This document shows positions 44,663 through 54,464 of a DNA stretch of 64,000 nucleotides, in pieces. Origin of the DNA: a virus (lineage: Duplodnaviria; Heunggongvirae; Uroviricota; Caudoviricetes); the IMG/VR virus record IMGVR_UViG_3300028833_000054, positions 246,482 through 310,481 of that record; one strand, 5' to 3'. Below the pieces are notes generated by a model that was not told the DNA's origin, did not search any database, and saw nothing but the letters and a program-made list of their open reading frames with translations. Within the stretch, counting starts at the first letter, position 1. Each line of letters starts with the position of its first letter. The position numbers and the translations under genes were made by a program.

Positions 44663-44743
44663 TGTTCGGAAAGTATAGTTGTGAAAACAAGCTGTCAAAA
44701 CCATAAATGCACAATCAGAAGTAACAGACTATGTAGCCGAACA
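44663..44743 (-). ncRNA. Variant Y-like hairpin RNA 2
   Basis: TGTTCGG/CCGAACA, CTAC, ATAGT/ACTAT, GTTACTTCT, 3' ACTTT. Confidence 0.6.
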
Positions 44744-44793
44744 AATATTATATATACAAATATATGAAAAGATTTTTAAATCAAAAAATATTT

Positions 44794-45432
44794 TTAAGAA
44801 TTTTCATCATTCCATGCGTAGTACAACAAAGTAGGGTTGTTCTTATGCACATCGATAGATGGATATAATTCTTTAAAAGTATCAGTGTCAAATGGATGGG
44901 TAATCAAGTGTACACCACTTTTAGTAGGAACAACCGCGAAAACCTTATCAGTGTCTCTACCTCCTTTACCGTAAAGTTCAAAAATCTGGTTCTTGATGTC
45001 ATCGACGATAGGAGAGTTTTCAGTAGCGTCATCGATGTCAACGATATATTTCTTGTCACGCTTGACAAAAGACTTTCCAGCTGCAGTCGAATAAGCTCCA
45101 CGGAGACCTATCCAATTCTGAGAGACATAAGTGTGAGTTGATAGCTCAATAGCTATGTTTGCAACACTCTTCAAGTTACGGCGGGTAGGATGGATATATG
45201 CTCTGGCATTCATGACTTCACATATCCCTTTCACTTCATGCTGTAAACTAAGAAGCTCATCTGCAGAGGTGACAATGTAATATTTGACAAGACGGTTCTT
45301 GTTGTTTCCGGAAACATCATTGCCGTCCTTTCCTCTTACCAGAATCTGCAAGAAATAAAACTCATCCTTTTCAAGAGGAGTCTTAAACAGAACATCTGCA
45401 AGCAGTTTAAAGTTGTCGACACAATGTTTCAT
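44794..45432 (-). CDS. Hypothetical protein, possibly AEP primase-polymerase-like
   Basis: IVDIDD and TKSGVHLI resemble AEP motifs I and II. Confidence 0.55.
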   Translation of the reverse strand: MKHCVDNFKLLADVLFKTPLEKDEFYFLQILVRGKDGNDVSGNNKNRLVKYYIVTSADELLSLQHEVKGICEVMNARAYIHPTRRNLKSVANIAIELSTHTYVSQNWIGLRGAYSTAAGKSFVKRDKKYIVDIDDATENSPIVDDIKNQIFELYGKGGRDTDKVFAVVPTKSGVHLITHPFDTDTFKELYPSIDVHKNNPTLLYYAWNDENS

Positions 45433-45442
45433 ATCTTTTAAT

Positions 45443-45958
45443 TTAGTTTTTAAGAAATTTTTCTAACCGTTCTGCTGCATCTTGAGGAGTGTGACCATCC
45501 CAAACGTTCGCTTTCTCCTTTTCAGGAATATGGAACAAATCCCAATACTTCATCTCATAGTGGTTTGAAACCTGTCCAGTAGGAAGTTCAGCCATTACAA
45601 TAAACCAACCTCCACCAAAACATTCTTCCCCATCAGAATGCCTCTTACTCTTATGGACGTCATATTCAATATGCCAACTTCCATCAGCCCAATTATCATA
45701 ATAAGCTAAATCATTAAAGAATGCAGCATTATACAACATCCTATAATAATATAGTTCATCAAATGTATGATAACCATCAGAGAACTGTCCAACATCAGAA
45801 GAGTTTTGAATATCTTTCTTTGCAGCTTCTACAACTGAAGATAACCATGGCTCAATCTTAGCTTCCATCTGTTTGTCAGACAAAGTTGTATTGATTGTTC
45901 CTGCAATTTTGAATGTACCCAGAATCCTTTTTAATTTATTTCTTGTATTCTCAAACAT
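45443..45958 (-). CDS. WDGH-motif phage protein
   Basis: SDGYHTFDELYYYR...GQVSNHY...WDGHT. Confidence 0.75.
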   Translation of the reverse strand: MFENTRNKLKRILGTFKIAGTINTTLSDKQMEAKIEPWLSSVVEAAKKDIQNSSDVGQFSDGYHTFDELYYYRMLYNAAFFNDLAYYDNWADGSWHIEYDVHKSKRHSDGEECFGGGWFIVMAELPTGQVSNHYEMKYWDLFHIPEKEKANVWDGHTPQDAAERLEKFLKN

Positions 45959-46151
45959 CTGGCTTCTCTATAAGCAAATAGTTTTCAACATACTCGGCTG
46001 CAATCTTTGCCTTAATTTTGATTTCTCGCAAAGCAGCGTCATCACTCATAACAGTTCCATTCGTGGTTTTCTTATCATCTGCAAGTTTAGCAATAGTGTA
46101 AAACCACCTGGCAACTATACTTAATTCATCATATATGTTATAAATGTTCAT
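45951..46151 (-). CDS. Hypothetical protein
   Basis: 66-aa ORF in operon. Confidence 0.6.
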   Translation of the reverse strand: MNIYNIYDELSIVARWFYTIAKLADDKKTTNGTVMSDDAALREIKIKAKIAAEYVENYLLIEKPDV

Positions 46152-46153
46152 GA

Positions 46154-46435
46154 TTATTTTCTTGACAACCTCTCTCGGAGTTCATCTCTATCTACAATAT
46201 TAGAATAGTAATTGGTTCTTTTTATATGTTCACAGTCAGAAACATAATCACAATAATCATAATCATTGACAATACTTCTGCTGTCAGGAATAACTTTCTT
46301 TCCTTCAATAATATCATCAAGATTGTTCTTCAAAAACATCCGTTGAGACTTCTTTACGGTCCTTCTGCAAAGTTTGCGACTTTTGCCGGAACCTTGTTTG
46401 AATATTGCTTTCTTTCTAGATCTGCTCATATACAA
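46154..46435 (-). CDS. Basic hypothetical protein
   Basis: MSRSRKK... ORF directly after promoter at 46433. Confidence 0.65.
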   Translation of the reverse strand: MYMSRSRKKAIFKQGSGKSRKLCRRTVKKSQRMFLKNNLDDIIEGKKVIPDSRSIVNDYDYCDYVSDCEHIKRTNYYSNIVDRDELRERLSRK

Positions 46436-46469
46436 ATATATGAATTAATTTATCAATGAAAAAATATTT

Positions 46470-47822
46470 TTACCACAAAGCAGTGGCTGTTCCAAATTTT
46501 GGCTTTTCATACTCATGTGGAGTGTTGAACCAATCTTCAAATATTTTTCTTGTCTTGTCATTACAGTATTGAGAGTACTTATCATAAACTGCCTTCCTCT
46601 GCAAAAACTTTATGTGACAATAAAATTCTTTATCTTCAGAAACACGCTTCACCTTGGCCGCGAAATCCTCAGGAGTTGCAACATACATAAACTCTTTAAG
46701 TTCTGGGTCATCAATATATTTGTGGTCCTTGTCATAAGGTTCATAGACAAAAGCAATGACATCAGAGAGCATTCCATCAAAGAATCTTGGAGAAATAAAA
46801 TCATTGAAAGTAATCTCATCTGCAATTACAAAGGTAGCCTTTGCATTCTGTCCAATATAAGGAATCAAATCATCATAGAACAATGAACCTACTCTGTCAA
46901 ACTTATCATGATGAGGAAACAGATTACGGGATGAAGTAATCACAAGAGATTTTTCAGGAATTGCAGCATAAAAGTTTTCAATCAATTCCATTCTCTTTGA
47001 ACCTCTATTGTAACCGTGATACTCTGCAGGATATTTCTTATCTTCCCACTTATAAGATTTCAATTTGTTGGCTACATTATCTGTCATAGCCTGATAAGTG
47101 AAAATTGGAAACTGACACCACTTCTTGACAAACTTTGGAGTCAACTCGTTCTTCGGAGAGAGCTTTGACAGATAATCAGGATATGAAGTTCCACAATGAG
47201 CGATAATACAACCTTTGATACATTTCTCTACATTTGGCCAGACCTGACAATATTCTTCAAAGATTGGTTCTGGAACAATATGACCGAGAGTCTTGTACTC
47301 AAACATTCTTCTGTTGAATACTGTAAACGGATTGAGATAATGAATCTCAGGGTCATCTTGCATGATAAAGTAATGATCATCTCCATGAATCTGATACCAC
47401 TCATTGACTCTCAATACATTGTAAAAGAAATCAGAGTAAATATATCCAAGAAACATGTTCAATGCAGCTTGAATCTGGAAAATGTCATCTGCTTCATCAA
47501 GACAATGAGGCTCTTCAATACGCTTCATACAACCTTTGAAGAAATCATAATCAGTCTCTGTCCTTCCTTGGAAAGTTGAAGCAAAGAAAACCTTCTCATA
47601 ACCATAAACTTCAATCAAAAAATTCTTGAGTGCTTCATATGTTTTTGTTGAAATCAATTTGCTTGACAAAGAGATATACTTCGTCATACAAATGATTGCA
47701 GCAGTCTTACCTTTACCATAACCAGGCTTAAACTCTGGCATAAAGTCAGGAATATTAACTTTGATTTCTTTAGATTTGTCCATCAAAGTCTTACTTCCAG
47801 TATTCTTTCTAACTCTTTGCAT
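46470..47822 (-). CDS. bgt: DNA beta-glucosyltransferase-like (T4 Bgt/GT-B fold)
   Basis: YHGYNRGSKR and ATFVIADEITFNDFISPRFFDGMLSDVIAFVYEPYDKDHK resemble T4 BGT segments (YGGSFRSGQR; ATLIIGDKNYNDNFITLRVWETMASDAVMLIDEEFDTKH). Confidence 0.7.
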   Translation of the reverse strand: MQRVRKNTGSKTLMDKSKEIKVNIPDFMPEFKPGYGKGKTAAIICMTKYISLSSKLISTKTYEALKNFLIEVYGYEKVFFASTFQGRTETDYDFFKGCMKRIEEPHCLDEADDIFQIQAALNMFLGYIYSDFFYNVLRVNEWYQIHGDDHYFIMQDDPEIHYLNPFTVFNRRMFEYKTLGHIVPEPIFEEYCQVWPNVEKCIKGCIIAHCGTSYPDYLSKLSPKNELTPKFVKKWCQFPIFTYQAMTDNVANKLKSYKWEDKKYPAEYHGYNRGSKRMELIENFYAAIPEKSLVITSSRNLFPHHDKFDRVGSLFYDDLIPYIGQNAKATFVIADEITFNDFISPRFFDGMLSDVIAFVYEPYDKDHKYIDDPELKEFMYVATPEDFAAKVKRVSEDKEFYCHIKFLQRKAVYDKYSQYCNDKTRKIFEDWFNTPHEYEKPKFGTATALW

Positions 47823-47823
47823 A

Positions 47824-48111
47824 TTAACTTATAACATTAAACCAACCGTTTATTCTACCGCTAAATGAATCTCTATGTGTAATTAAAGCAGTAACTCCAT
47901 TGTACCAATACAACTCTTTACCAGTATCAGAATTTTCAAGATTCAAAAGGTTTTCATATTTCAAAATATTTTCACCCAATGAAATACTGGAATCAAGACC
48001 AAGTACTCTTTCAATATCATTACCAATCCAATAAGTCACAGTATTCCCGTCTACATCTACTTTTAAACTATTTACGATAATGTTGGTAACTATTATTTTC
48101 TTTGTAATCAT
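47824..48111 (-). CDS. Hypothetical protein
   Basis: 95-aa ORF between bgt-like and MTase genes. Confidence 0.6.
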   Translation of the reverse strand: MITKKIIVTNIIVNSLKVDVDGNTVTYWIGNDIERVLGLDSSISLGENILKYENLLNLENSDTGKELYWYNGVTALITHRDSFSGRINGWFNVIS

Positions 48112-48112
48112 T

Positions 48113-49345
48113 TTAAAACAATCTTACTGAAGTCTGTTCAACAACATCAAATTTCTGTCTGATATTATCTTGCTTGATAAACTTTGAATTTGTCATCTCA
48201 AGTTCTCCCTTGATAAACTTAATAACATCATCAGTCATATCTTGTGCAGTCTTGACAGGAACATTCTGAGTGACGTGCTGAAGATTTCCAGAAATCAATT
48301 CAAAGTCAGAAGGCATTCCCATCATTGCAAGAATTTCACGAGTAGTCAAGAACCTACACTCCTTTGGATGAAGAGTCCAATGCATATTCTTGGAAATGAT
48401 TGCATTAGTTGCACCCTTGTAAACCATTGGCTGTGGTGCGAAATATCCAAGTCCTCTCTTGATTTTGTCCCAACGGTAATTGATATAATACCATGGAGTT
48501 CTCTGTCCTTGGTCTGACATCAGTCTGTCTTTTCTTGGGTCTTTTTCAAGCCAGTCTTTGTAATCTTGCCACAAATTGTTCTCCTTGATATAGTCATAAG
48601 GAGTCCTGATAGAGTGTTCATCAATCTGATTGTAGAAGAATTTCAAGTACCCCTCATAAGTTCCACCACAGAACTTCTGCATCATCCAATCCATCTCAGG
48701 ATAAAGTTCAACAGGGTCTTTGTCAATAACTCTAGTGCATTGAGTACCAACATTCTTGTCGAGAATAAACTCTTCATAACAAGGTCCAGGAGTATTGTGC
48801 CAAGGAATCTTAGGACAACGGTCACCTTTCCAGAAAAAGAAAAATGTTCTAATACGATGTTGTGGAATTCCGTGAAGGTAAGTATCTGTCTTGTAGATAG
48901 TGAAAGCATAACCGTACTTCTCACCAAATTCACGAAGTTTGTTCAATACTTTGACGTTCTGTTCTGAATAAAGACCAGGTGCATTTTCTCCCCAATAAAC
49001 TTTTGGCTTGATTGTTGAGAGTGTAAAATCTGCAACTTTGTAAAGCCAATTGTTAGTCTCATTATCTGCTGAACGTGTTGCAGTATTCAAACAAGACATG
49101 CCTGCACAAGGGCAGACAGAACTGACAAAATCAATATTATTAAATTTAAGGTCAACTCCTTCAGGTAATTTATTGGTCTCAGGGTCAAGCACAAACCAGG
49201 AAACATCAGGCCAATAATTTTGTAGATTAGATTCATTCTTTGCGAACCCAGGATATGACAAAACAAATTCAGGTTTATGACCGACTGAATTTGCATTTGC
49301 AATCGCCATTCCACCAATGAGTGGAACAAATGTGATATATTTCAT
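48113..49345 (-). CDS. DNA (cytosine-5) methyltransferase
   Basis: Motif IV PCAG, motif VI ENAPG, motif VIII PQHRIRTF, motif X QNVP. Confidence 0.85.
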   Translation of the reverse strand: MKYITFVPLIGGMAIANANSVGHKPEFVLSYPGFAKNESNLQNYWPDVSWFVLDPETNKLPEGVDLKFNNIDFVSSVCPCAGMSCLNTATRSADNETNNWLYKVADFTLSTIKPKVYWGENAPGLYSEQNVKVLNKLREFGEKYGYAFTIYKTDTYLHGIPQHRIRTFFFFWKGDRCPKIPWHNTPGPCYEEFILDKNVGTQCTRVIDKDPVELYPEMDWMMQKFCGGTYEGYLKFFYNQIDEHSIRTPYDYIKENNLWQDYKDWLEKDPRKDRLMSDQGQRTPWYYINYRWDKIKRGLGYFAPQPMVYKGATNAIISKNMHWTLHPKECRFLTTREILAMMGMPSDFELISGNLQHVTQNVPVKTAQDMTDDVIKFIKGELEMTNSKFIKQDNIRQKFDVVEQTSVRLF

Positions 49346-49403
49346 ACTATACTATTATCTTACATAGATTATATCAAAATAATATGAAAAAAATTTCTAA
49401 AAT

Positions 49404-49430
49404 AAAAAAGAAGCATTGCTGCTTCTTTTC
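49404..49430 (-). terminator. Intrinsic terminator
   Basis: AAAGAAGCA/TGCTTCTTT hairpin. Confidence 0.6.
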
Positions 49431-49433
49431 AAA

Positions 49434-50396
49434 TTATCTTCTTCTTTTTCTTGGAGGAACTCTAAAAATTCCTGACTCATTGAGTTCTTCTTCACCATAC
49501 AATGGAGTATCATCACCATAGTCATATTCTGGAAAATCATCAGAAGATAAATCACCGAAATATCTTGTATCAAACTGGTCTTCAGTCTCACCTGGGAAGA
49601 ATACTGCATCTTCATGAACTTCAGGGTCATATTGATAATCTTCTTCACCAGGAACTTCTGGCAATTCTTCTTGATACAAAGTCTCTTCAGGTTCTTCAAT
49701 AAGCTCAGGTTCTTCTTCAACTTCTACTGGTTCTTCTGCTGGAACTTCAGGTGCAGGCTGTTCTTCAACTTCATTTGCTTTAGCTGGTTGATTTCCAAAA
49801 ATCCAGATGAACATATTATGTCCTTGCATCTGATTACCAAGTTCATCGATGAACTTCATCATCTCTTTAGTTGACAATGAGATGTTTGCTTTACCAAGAG
49901 TTCCACGAATAAACTCTGCAACATCATTCCAGTGATTCTGTCCATCATTCCAATATTGGTCATTCAAGAAAGCAAGCAATCTTTTTGCAAGGCTTGTGCA
50001 ACCCTTCTTATCCATATAATAAGACAAATCAGGAAGTGAGCTGAAAGTTGAGTCAATCAAGTTAATCAACTCATCAGTCTTACTGTTCTTAATTACTGAC
50101 TCAAAAAGCTTTGCACTGAATTTACAACTTACACTCTCATTTGTAGTCAATGATATACCTGCTTTAGCCGCTGCTTGCATAATAGCAGTTCTCTGATTGA
50201 TGAGTGGCTGTTTCTCTGCGTTGAATCTTCTTTCAAGTTCTGCAATCTTAGCATTGATTATTGCAAACTCTTTAGTATAGTCTCTTGAATTATCTGGTTG
50301 TTGTGTTGATGCATCCTGAGATTGATTGTTAGTCTGCTCTACTTCTTCCTCATTCATATCATCTGACAACTTTGGTCTTCTTAAATATACTGACAT
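49434..50396 (-). CDS. Acidic probable head-internal protein
   Basis: TNES, LFES, LNES motifs; E/P-rich tail. Confidence 0.7.
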   Translation of the reverse strand: MSVYLRRPKLSDDMNEEEVEQTNNQSQDASTQQPDNSRDYTKEFAIINAKIAELERRFNAEKQPLINQRTAIMQAAAKAGISLTTNESVSCKFSAKLFESVIKNSKTDELINLIDSTFSSLPDLSYYMDKKGCTSLAKRLLAFLNDQYWNDGQNHWNDVAEFIRGTLGKANISLSTKEMMKFIDELGNQMQGHNMFIWIFGNQPAKANEVEEQPAPEVPAEEPVEVEEEPELIEEPEETLYQEELPEVPGEEDYQYDPEVHEDAVFFPGETEDQFDTRYFGDLSSDDFPEYDYGDDTPLYGEEELNESGIFRVPPRKRRR

Positions 50397-51208
50397 TATT
50401 GTGTACTTTCTATTTTTTTATTTATCTCTTGTTTTGCAAAGGAGATAATATTCTCAACAAGTTTGTCAGAATATGGAATTACAGGTGAATATATTCCAAA
50501 ATCATTTTCACCAATCCTAACAATAAGAGGAACAATCTCAATATCAATTAATCCATAGATAACTCTAAGAATGTAAGCATAGATATAAACTTGAATCGTG
50601 TAAATATTCAAATCAGAAGCATCATATTCATACAAAGGACCTTTGCATTTCTCGTAAGGATTTTCAATTGAAATCTTATCATTGTTCTTCCAATCAATCA
50701 ATAGAAGTTTCTTGCCTGCAAGGAACAATGCATCACAACGTCCATTGACACCAAGCTTTTCAGAATGAAGCATAAGTTCACGACCAAGAAATACAATCTT
50801 ATCTTTGATATTAGAAAAATAGAACTTCTGCCACTGCTTACATTTGTTTCCTGCAATCTCATTAAGAGAAGAAGTATATTTGTCAAGTACTTCTTGTGAC
50901 TCATCTTTTTCAAGAATCATTCCTATGAATTTGTCAAGGAGCTTTCCGTTCTCTCGGCCAAATCTTCCTTTCTCTTCCCACTGATTTAGGATTTCTTCAT
51001 AAGACATATGATAGTACTTATGACCAGGAACATCAAAATACTTTTCAACCATCTCATGTGCTTTCTTCTCTTTTTCAAATGGTTTGTGAAGAGCATCACA
51101 AATCTTAGTTACCGAGTAGGGACAAGCTTTGTAAATTGCTTTCTGTTTAGGAAAGGTGTCAGTTGCTTGCTTTATTTGGGTTAATACTTCCTGTATTTTA
51201 GAGGTCAT
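50396..51208 (-). CDS. PD-(D/E)XK exonuclease-like protein
   Basis: YSVTKI; GVNGRCDAL; LIDWKN; Q..IY. Confidence 0.8.
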   Translation of the reverse strand: MTSKIQEVLTQIKQATDTFPKQKAIYKACPYSVTKICDALHKPFEKEKKAHEMVEKYFDVPGHKYYHMSYEEILNQWEEKGRFGRENGKLLDKFIGMILEKDESQEVLDKYTSSLNEIAGNKCKQWQKFYFSNIKDKIVFLGRELMLHSEKLGVNGRCDALFLAGKKLLLIDWKNNDKISIENPYEKCKGPLYEYDASDLNIYTIQVYIYAYILRVIYGLIDIEIVPLIVRIGENDFGIYSPVIPYSDKLVENIISFAKQEINKKIESTQ

Positions 51209-51213
51209 AGGAT

Positions 51214-52077
51214 GTGAATTTTCTTTATAAATATTATAATAGAAATATATGTAAATTATTTTTAACTATGAAAGTTGCTATATGTGCTATTGCAAAATAT
51301 GAAAAAAATTATATAGTAGAGTGGGTAGAGCATTATAAAAATTTAATGTTTGACTACATTTATATATATAACAATGATGAATTAAATGATAATTCATTGT
51401 ATGAAGTATTAGATGATTATGTTAAAAATAAATTTATTGAAATTATAGATGTAAGAAATGAATTTGCAAAACAAATACAAAGATATACCGAGTGTTATAA
51501 TAATCATTCAAATGAATTTGACTACATGCTATTTGTAGATATTGATGAATTTTTAGTATTAGATGTTAAATATAACAACGATATTCATAATTTTTTAAAT
51601 GATGAAAAATTTGCAAATGCAGATTGTATAAGAATTCCTTGGATGATTATTAATGATAATGATATTATTACAGTAAATGATAATAATTACAGTATTACAA
51701 GATTTGGAGATATTGGAAAAATGACAACTGCATGCAAAGCTATTTGTAAAACAAAATTAAATATAGATTCAATAACAGCACACGGACCTCTTTATTTAAT
51801 CAACACTGTTGACTCAAACGGAAATATTTGTAACAACGGAAATGAAAAATCTATAAATCCAGTGTGTTTAGGAAAGCATCCTATCAAAACTAATACATAT
51901 TTAAAACATTACAGATATAAAACACTCGAAGAATATATTTTTTGCAAATTAAAGAGAGAAGAAAATAATTCAAATATTCGAATAAAGAAATTAACTCTTG
52001 ATGAATTTTTTGAATGGAATAAAAAAACTACAGAAAAATTAAATTATTTAAAAAATATAGGTATAGATTATAAATGA
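51214..52077 (+). CDS. Glycosyltransferase (GT2/GT92-like; start probably 51268)
   Basis: CAIAKYEKNYIVEWVEHY; FVDIDEF; LKHY. Confidence 0.85.
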   Translation: MNFLYKYYNRNICKLFLTMKVAICAIAKYEKNYIVEWVEHYKNLMFDYIYIYNNDELNDNSLYEVLDDYVKNKFIEIIDVRNEFAKQIQRYTECYNNHSNEFDYMLFVDIDEFLVLDVKYNNDIHNFLNDEKFANADCIRIPWMIINDNDIITVNDNNYSITRFGDIGKMTTACKAICKTKLNIDSITAHGPLYLINTVDSNGNICNNGNEKSINPVCLGKHPIKTNTYLKHYRYKTLEEYIFCKLKREENNSNIRIKKLTLDEFFEWNKKTTEKLNYLKNIGIDYK

Positions 52078-54464
52078 ATTCACCTATTAATATATGTATT
52101 GTTCATTTTAATACTCCTCTTTTGACTGAATGTTTAGTTAAAAGTATAAACAAGTTTACACCAAATTCAAAGATTTATATTTTTGATAACAGTGATAAGC
52201 TTCCTTTTACATACAAGCAAAATAACATTATATACATTGATAATACAAATAACCAAATAATTAATTTTGAACAGTGGTTAGAAAAATATCCAAATAGAAA
52301 CAAATCAACTGAAAAAACTAATTCTTTTGGATCTGCTAAACATTGTTATACTATTCAAAAGTGTATAGAATTAATTGATGACAATTTTATATTATTAGAT
52401 TCTGATATACTTCTTAAAAAAGATATAAGTGATATTATTGATAATACTTGTGCCTATTCAGGAGAAATAGTCTTACAACCTCTTACAAAATCAATTCATA
52501 GAATATTGCCTTTTATATGTTATATAAATGTAAAAATGTTAAAGGCAAACAATGCTAAATATTTTAATGATAACTTTATGCACGGACTTTATAAATCCAA
52601 ACAAAGTGATATGTATGATACCGGCGGAGGTTTTTATGAAGAAACAAAAAATCTTAAACACAAAGACATTAAAGTAGAAGATTACATAGTTCATTATAAA
52701 GGAGGTTCATGGTACAATGACAATGTAAAAGCATTTGGTAAAAAAATACTTCCGTTCCGTTGGGTGTTGTATCATTATGATTTATGGAACAACTGTGAAA
52801 TTTCATATAAATGCTATTTGGATAGTTTACAGTCATTTTTATATGAAAAACAATGTAATTATGATATAATAAATCCAAAAACATTACCAGAAAAAATAAA
52901 TTGGTTAAAAATATTTGATACAACATCTTTAAAGACTTTGTGTGCAGATAAAATAAAAGTTCATCAATATTGTAAAAAGAAATTAGGTAAAGATATTTGT
53001 ATTCCAATATTAAAAGAATATAAGTCTGTTGATGATATTGATTTCAACAAACTTCCAAAATCATTTGTATTAAAATGCAATCATGGAAGTGGAATGAATA
53101 TTATAGTAACAGATAAATCAAAATTAGATATAGATAAAGTAAAAGAAAAATTAAATAATTGGTTAAACTGTGATTTTTCTTTTAGAAATGGTTATGAAAT
53201 GCAATATCATAAAATTGATAGAAAGATATTTGCAGAAACATACATGAATGATGGACACAGTGATTTAACAGACTACAAATTTTTATGTTTTAATGGAGAA
53301 CCAAAGCTTTGTCAAGTTATAAATGACAGAAATAATTCTAATCGTCATCTAAATTATTATGACATGAATTTCAAATTTGTTAATATATCAAGACTTGATT
53401 TTCCAAATAATCCAACATTAATAGATAAAAGACCAAAATGTTTTAAACAAATGAAAGAATATGCTAAAAAATTAGCACAAGAATTTAAATTTGTAAGAGT
53501 TGATTTTTATGAAATAAACGGTAAAATATATTTAGGAGAATTAACATTTACCCCGGGTGCTGGAAGAATTGCATATAAAAATCCAAACGATGGAATATAT
53601 TTAGGAAACATGCTAGATTTACACATAAATCTTCCGAAAAACAAAAAGGTAATATATACATGTATTACTAAAAACTATGATGTCTTGAATGAAAATCAAT
53701 ATTACTTAAGTGATTATGATTATGTATGTTTTACAGATAATCCAAATTTAAAATCTGAATTATGGGATATACGCCAAATTCCAAACGGTCTCAAAATTCT
53801 TTCACCTGTAAAACAAGCAAGATATATAAAAACCCATCCACATGTATTTTTCAAAAAATATAATTTATCTGTTTGGATAGATGCAACAATTACAATAAAA
53901 AGTGATTTTTCAGAATTAATTGATAACAACATTTTACAAGTTCCTATGCATCCAGATAGAAATTGTTTATACAGTGAAGCAAGAATGTGTATAAAACTAA
54001 AAAAAGATATAAAAGAAAATATAAATCCACAAGTAGAAGAATATAAAAAAGAAGGTTATCCTGAAAACAATGGACTGGCACAAACAAATATTCTTATACG
54101 AAAACATAATAATAAAAATTGTATAAAATTGATGGATGACTGGTGGAAAGAAATAAAAACTAAATCTTGCAGAGATCAGATTTCATTTAATTATGTTTTA
54201 TGGAAAAACAAAGATATAGAAATATCATATCTAGACAAAAAAATATTTAATTCAAAATATTTTTTCTGGAATACAAAGCATGAAAAAGTAAAAAAAGATA
54301 AAATAGAAATATCTCCAACACAACCTCTTATTTCTTACACTTCACATATAGAGACAAAGCAAACAAAAACAAATACAATTATTAAAATAATAAATAAACC
54401 AACTGTTGTAAAAACATTAGAAACCTACAAGCTTCCTACAAAATCAATCAATAGAAGATATTAA
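52074..54464 (+). CDS. GT2-like + TupA-like ATP-grasp + DUF616 glycosyltransferase fusion
   Basis: LLDSD; ADKIKV, KCNHGSG, DYKFLCFNG, RVDFY..GELTF (TupA); YTCITKNYD, WIDA, RDQISF (DUF616). Confidence 0.85.
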   Translation: MNSPINICIVHFNTPLLTECLVKSINKFTPNSKIYIFDNSDKLPFTYKQNNIIYIDNTNNQIINFEQWLEKYPNRNKSTEKTNSFGSAKHCYTIQKCIELIDDNFILLDSDILLKKDISDIIDNTCAYSGEIVLQPLTKSIHRILPFICYINVKMLKANNAKYFNDNFMHGLYKSKQSDMYDTGGGFYEETKNLKHKDIKVEDYIVHYKGGSWYNDNVKAFGKKILPFRWVLYHYDLWNNCEISYKCYLDSLQSFLYEKQCNYDIINPKTLPEKINWLKIFDTTSLKTLCADKIKVHQYCKKKLGKDICIPILKEYKSVDDIDFNKLPKSFVLKCNHGSGMNIIVTDKSKLDIDKVKEKLNNWLNCDFSFRNGYEMQYHKIDRKIFAETYMNDGHSDLTDYKFLCFNGEPKLCQVINDRNNSNRHLNYYDMNFKFVNISRLDFPNNPTLIDKRPKCFKQMKEYAKKLAQEFKFVRVDFYEINGKIYLGELTFTPGAGRIAYKNPNDGIYLGNMLDLHINLPKNKKVIYTCITKNYDVLNENQYYLSDYDYVCFTDNPNLKSELWDIRQIPNGLKILSPVKQARYIKTHPHVFFKKYNLSVWIDATITIKSDFSELIDNNILQVPMHPDRNCLYSEARMCIKLKKDIKENINPQVEEYKKEGYPENNGLAQTNILIRKHNNKNCIKLMDDWWKEIKTKSCRDQISFNYVLWKNKDIEISYLDKKIFNSKYFFWNTKHEKVKKDKIEISPTQPLISYTSHIETKQTKTNTIIKIINKPTVVKTLETYKLPTKSINRRY

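Noticed and set aside
50396-51208. Cas4 / CRISPR adaptation gene
   Set aside because: PD-(D/E)XK motifs are present, but no Fe-S cysteine cluster pattern and no array; a generic phage exonuclease is more likely.
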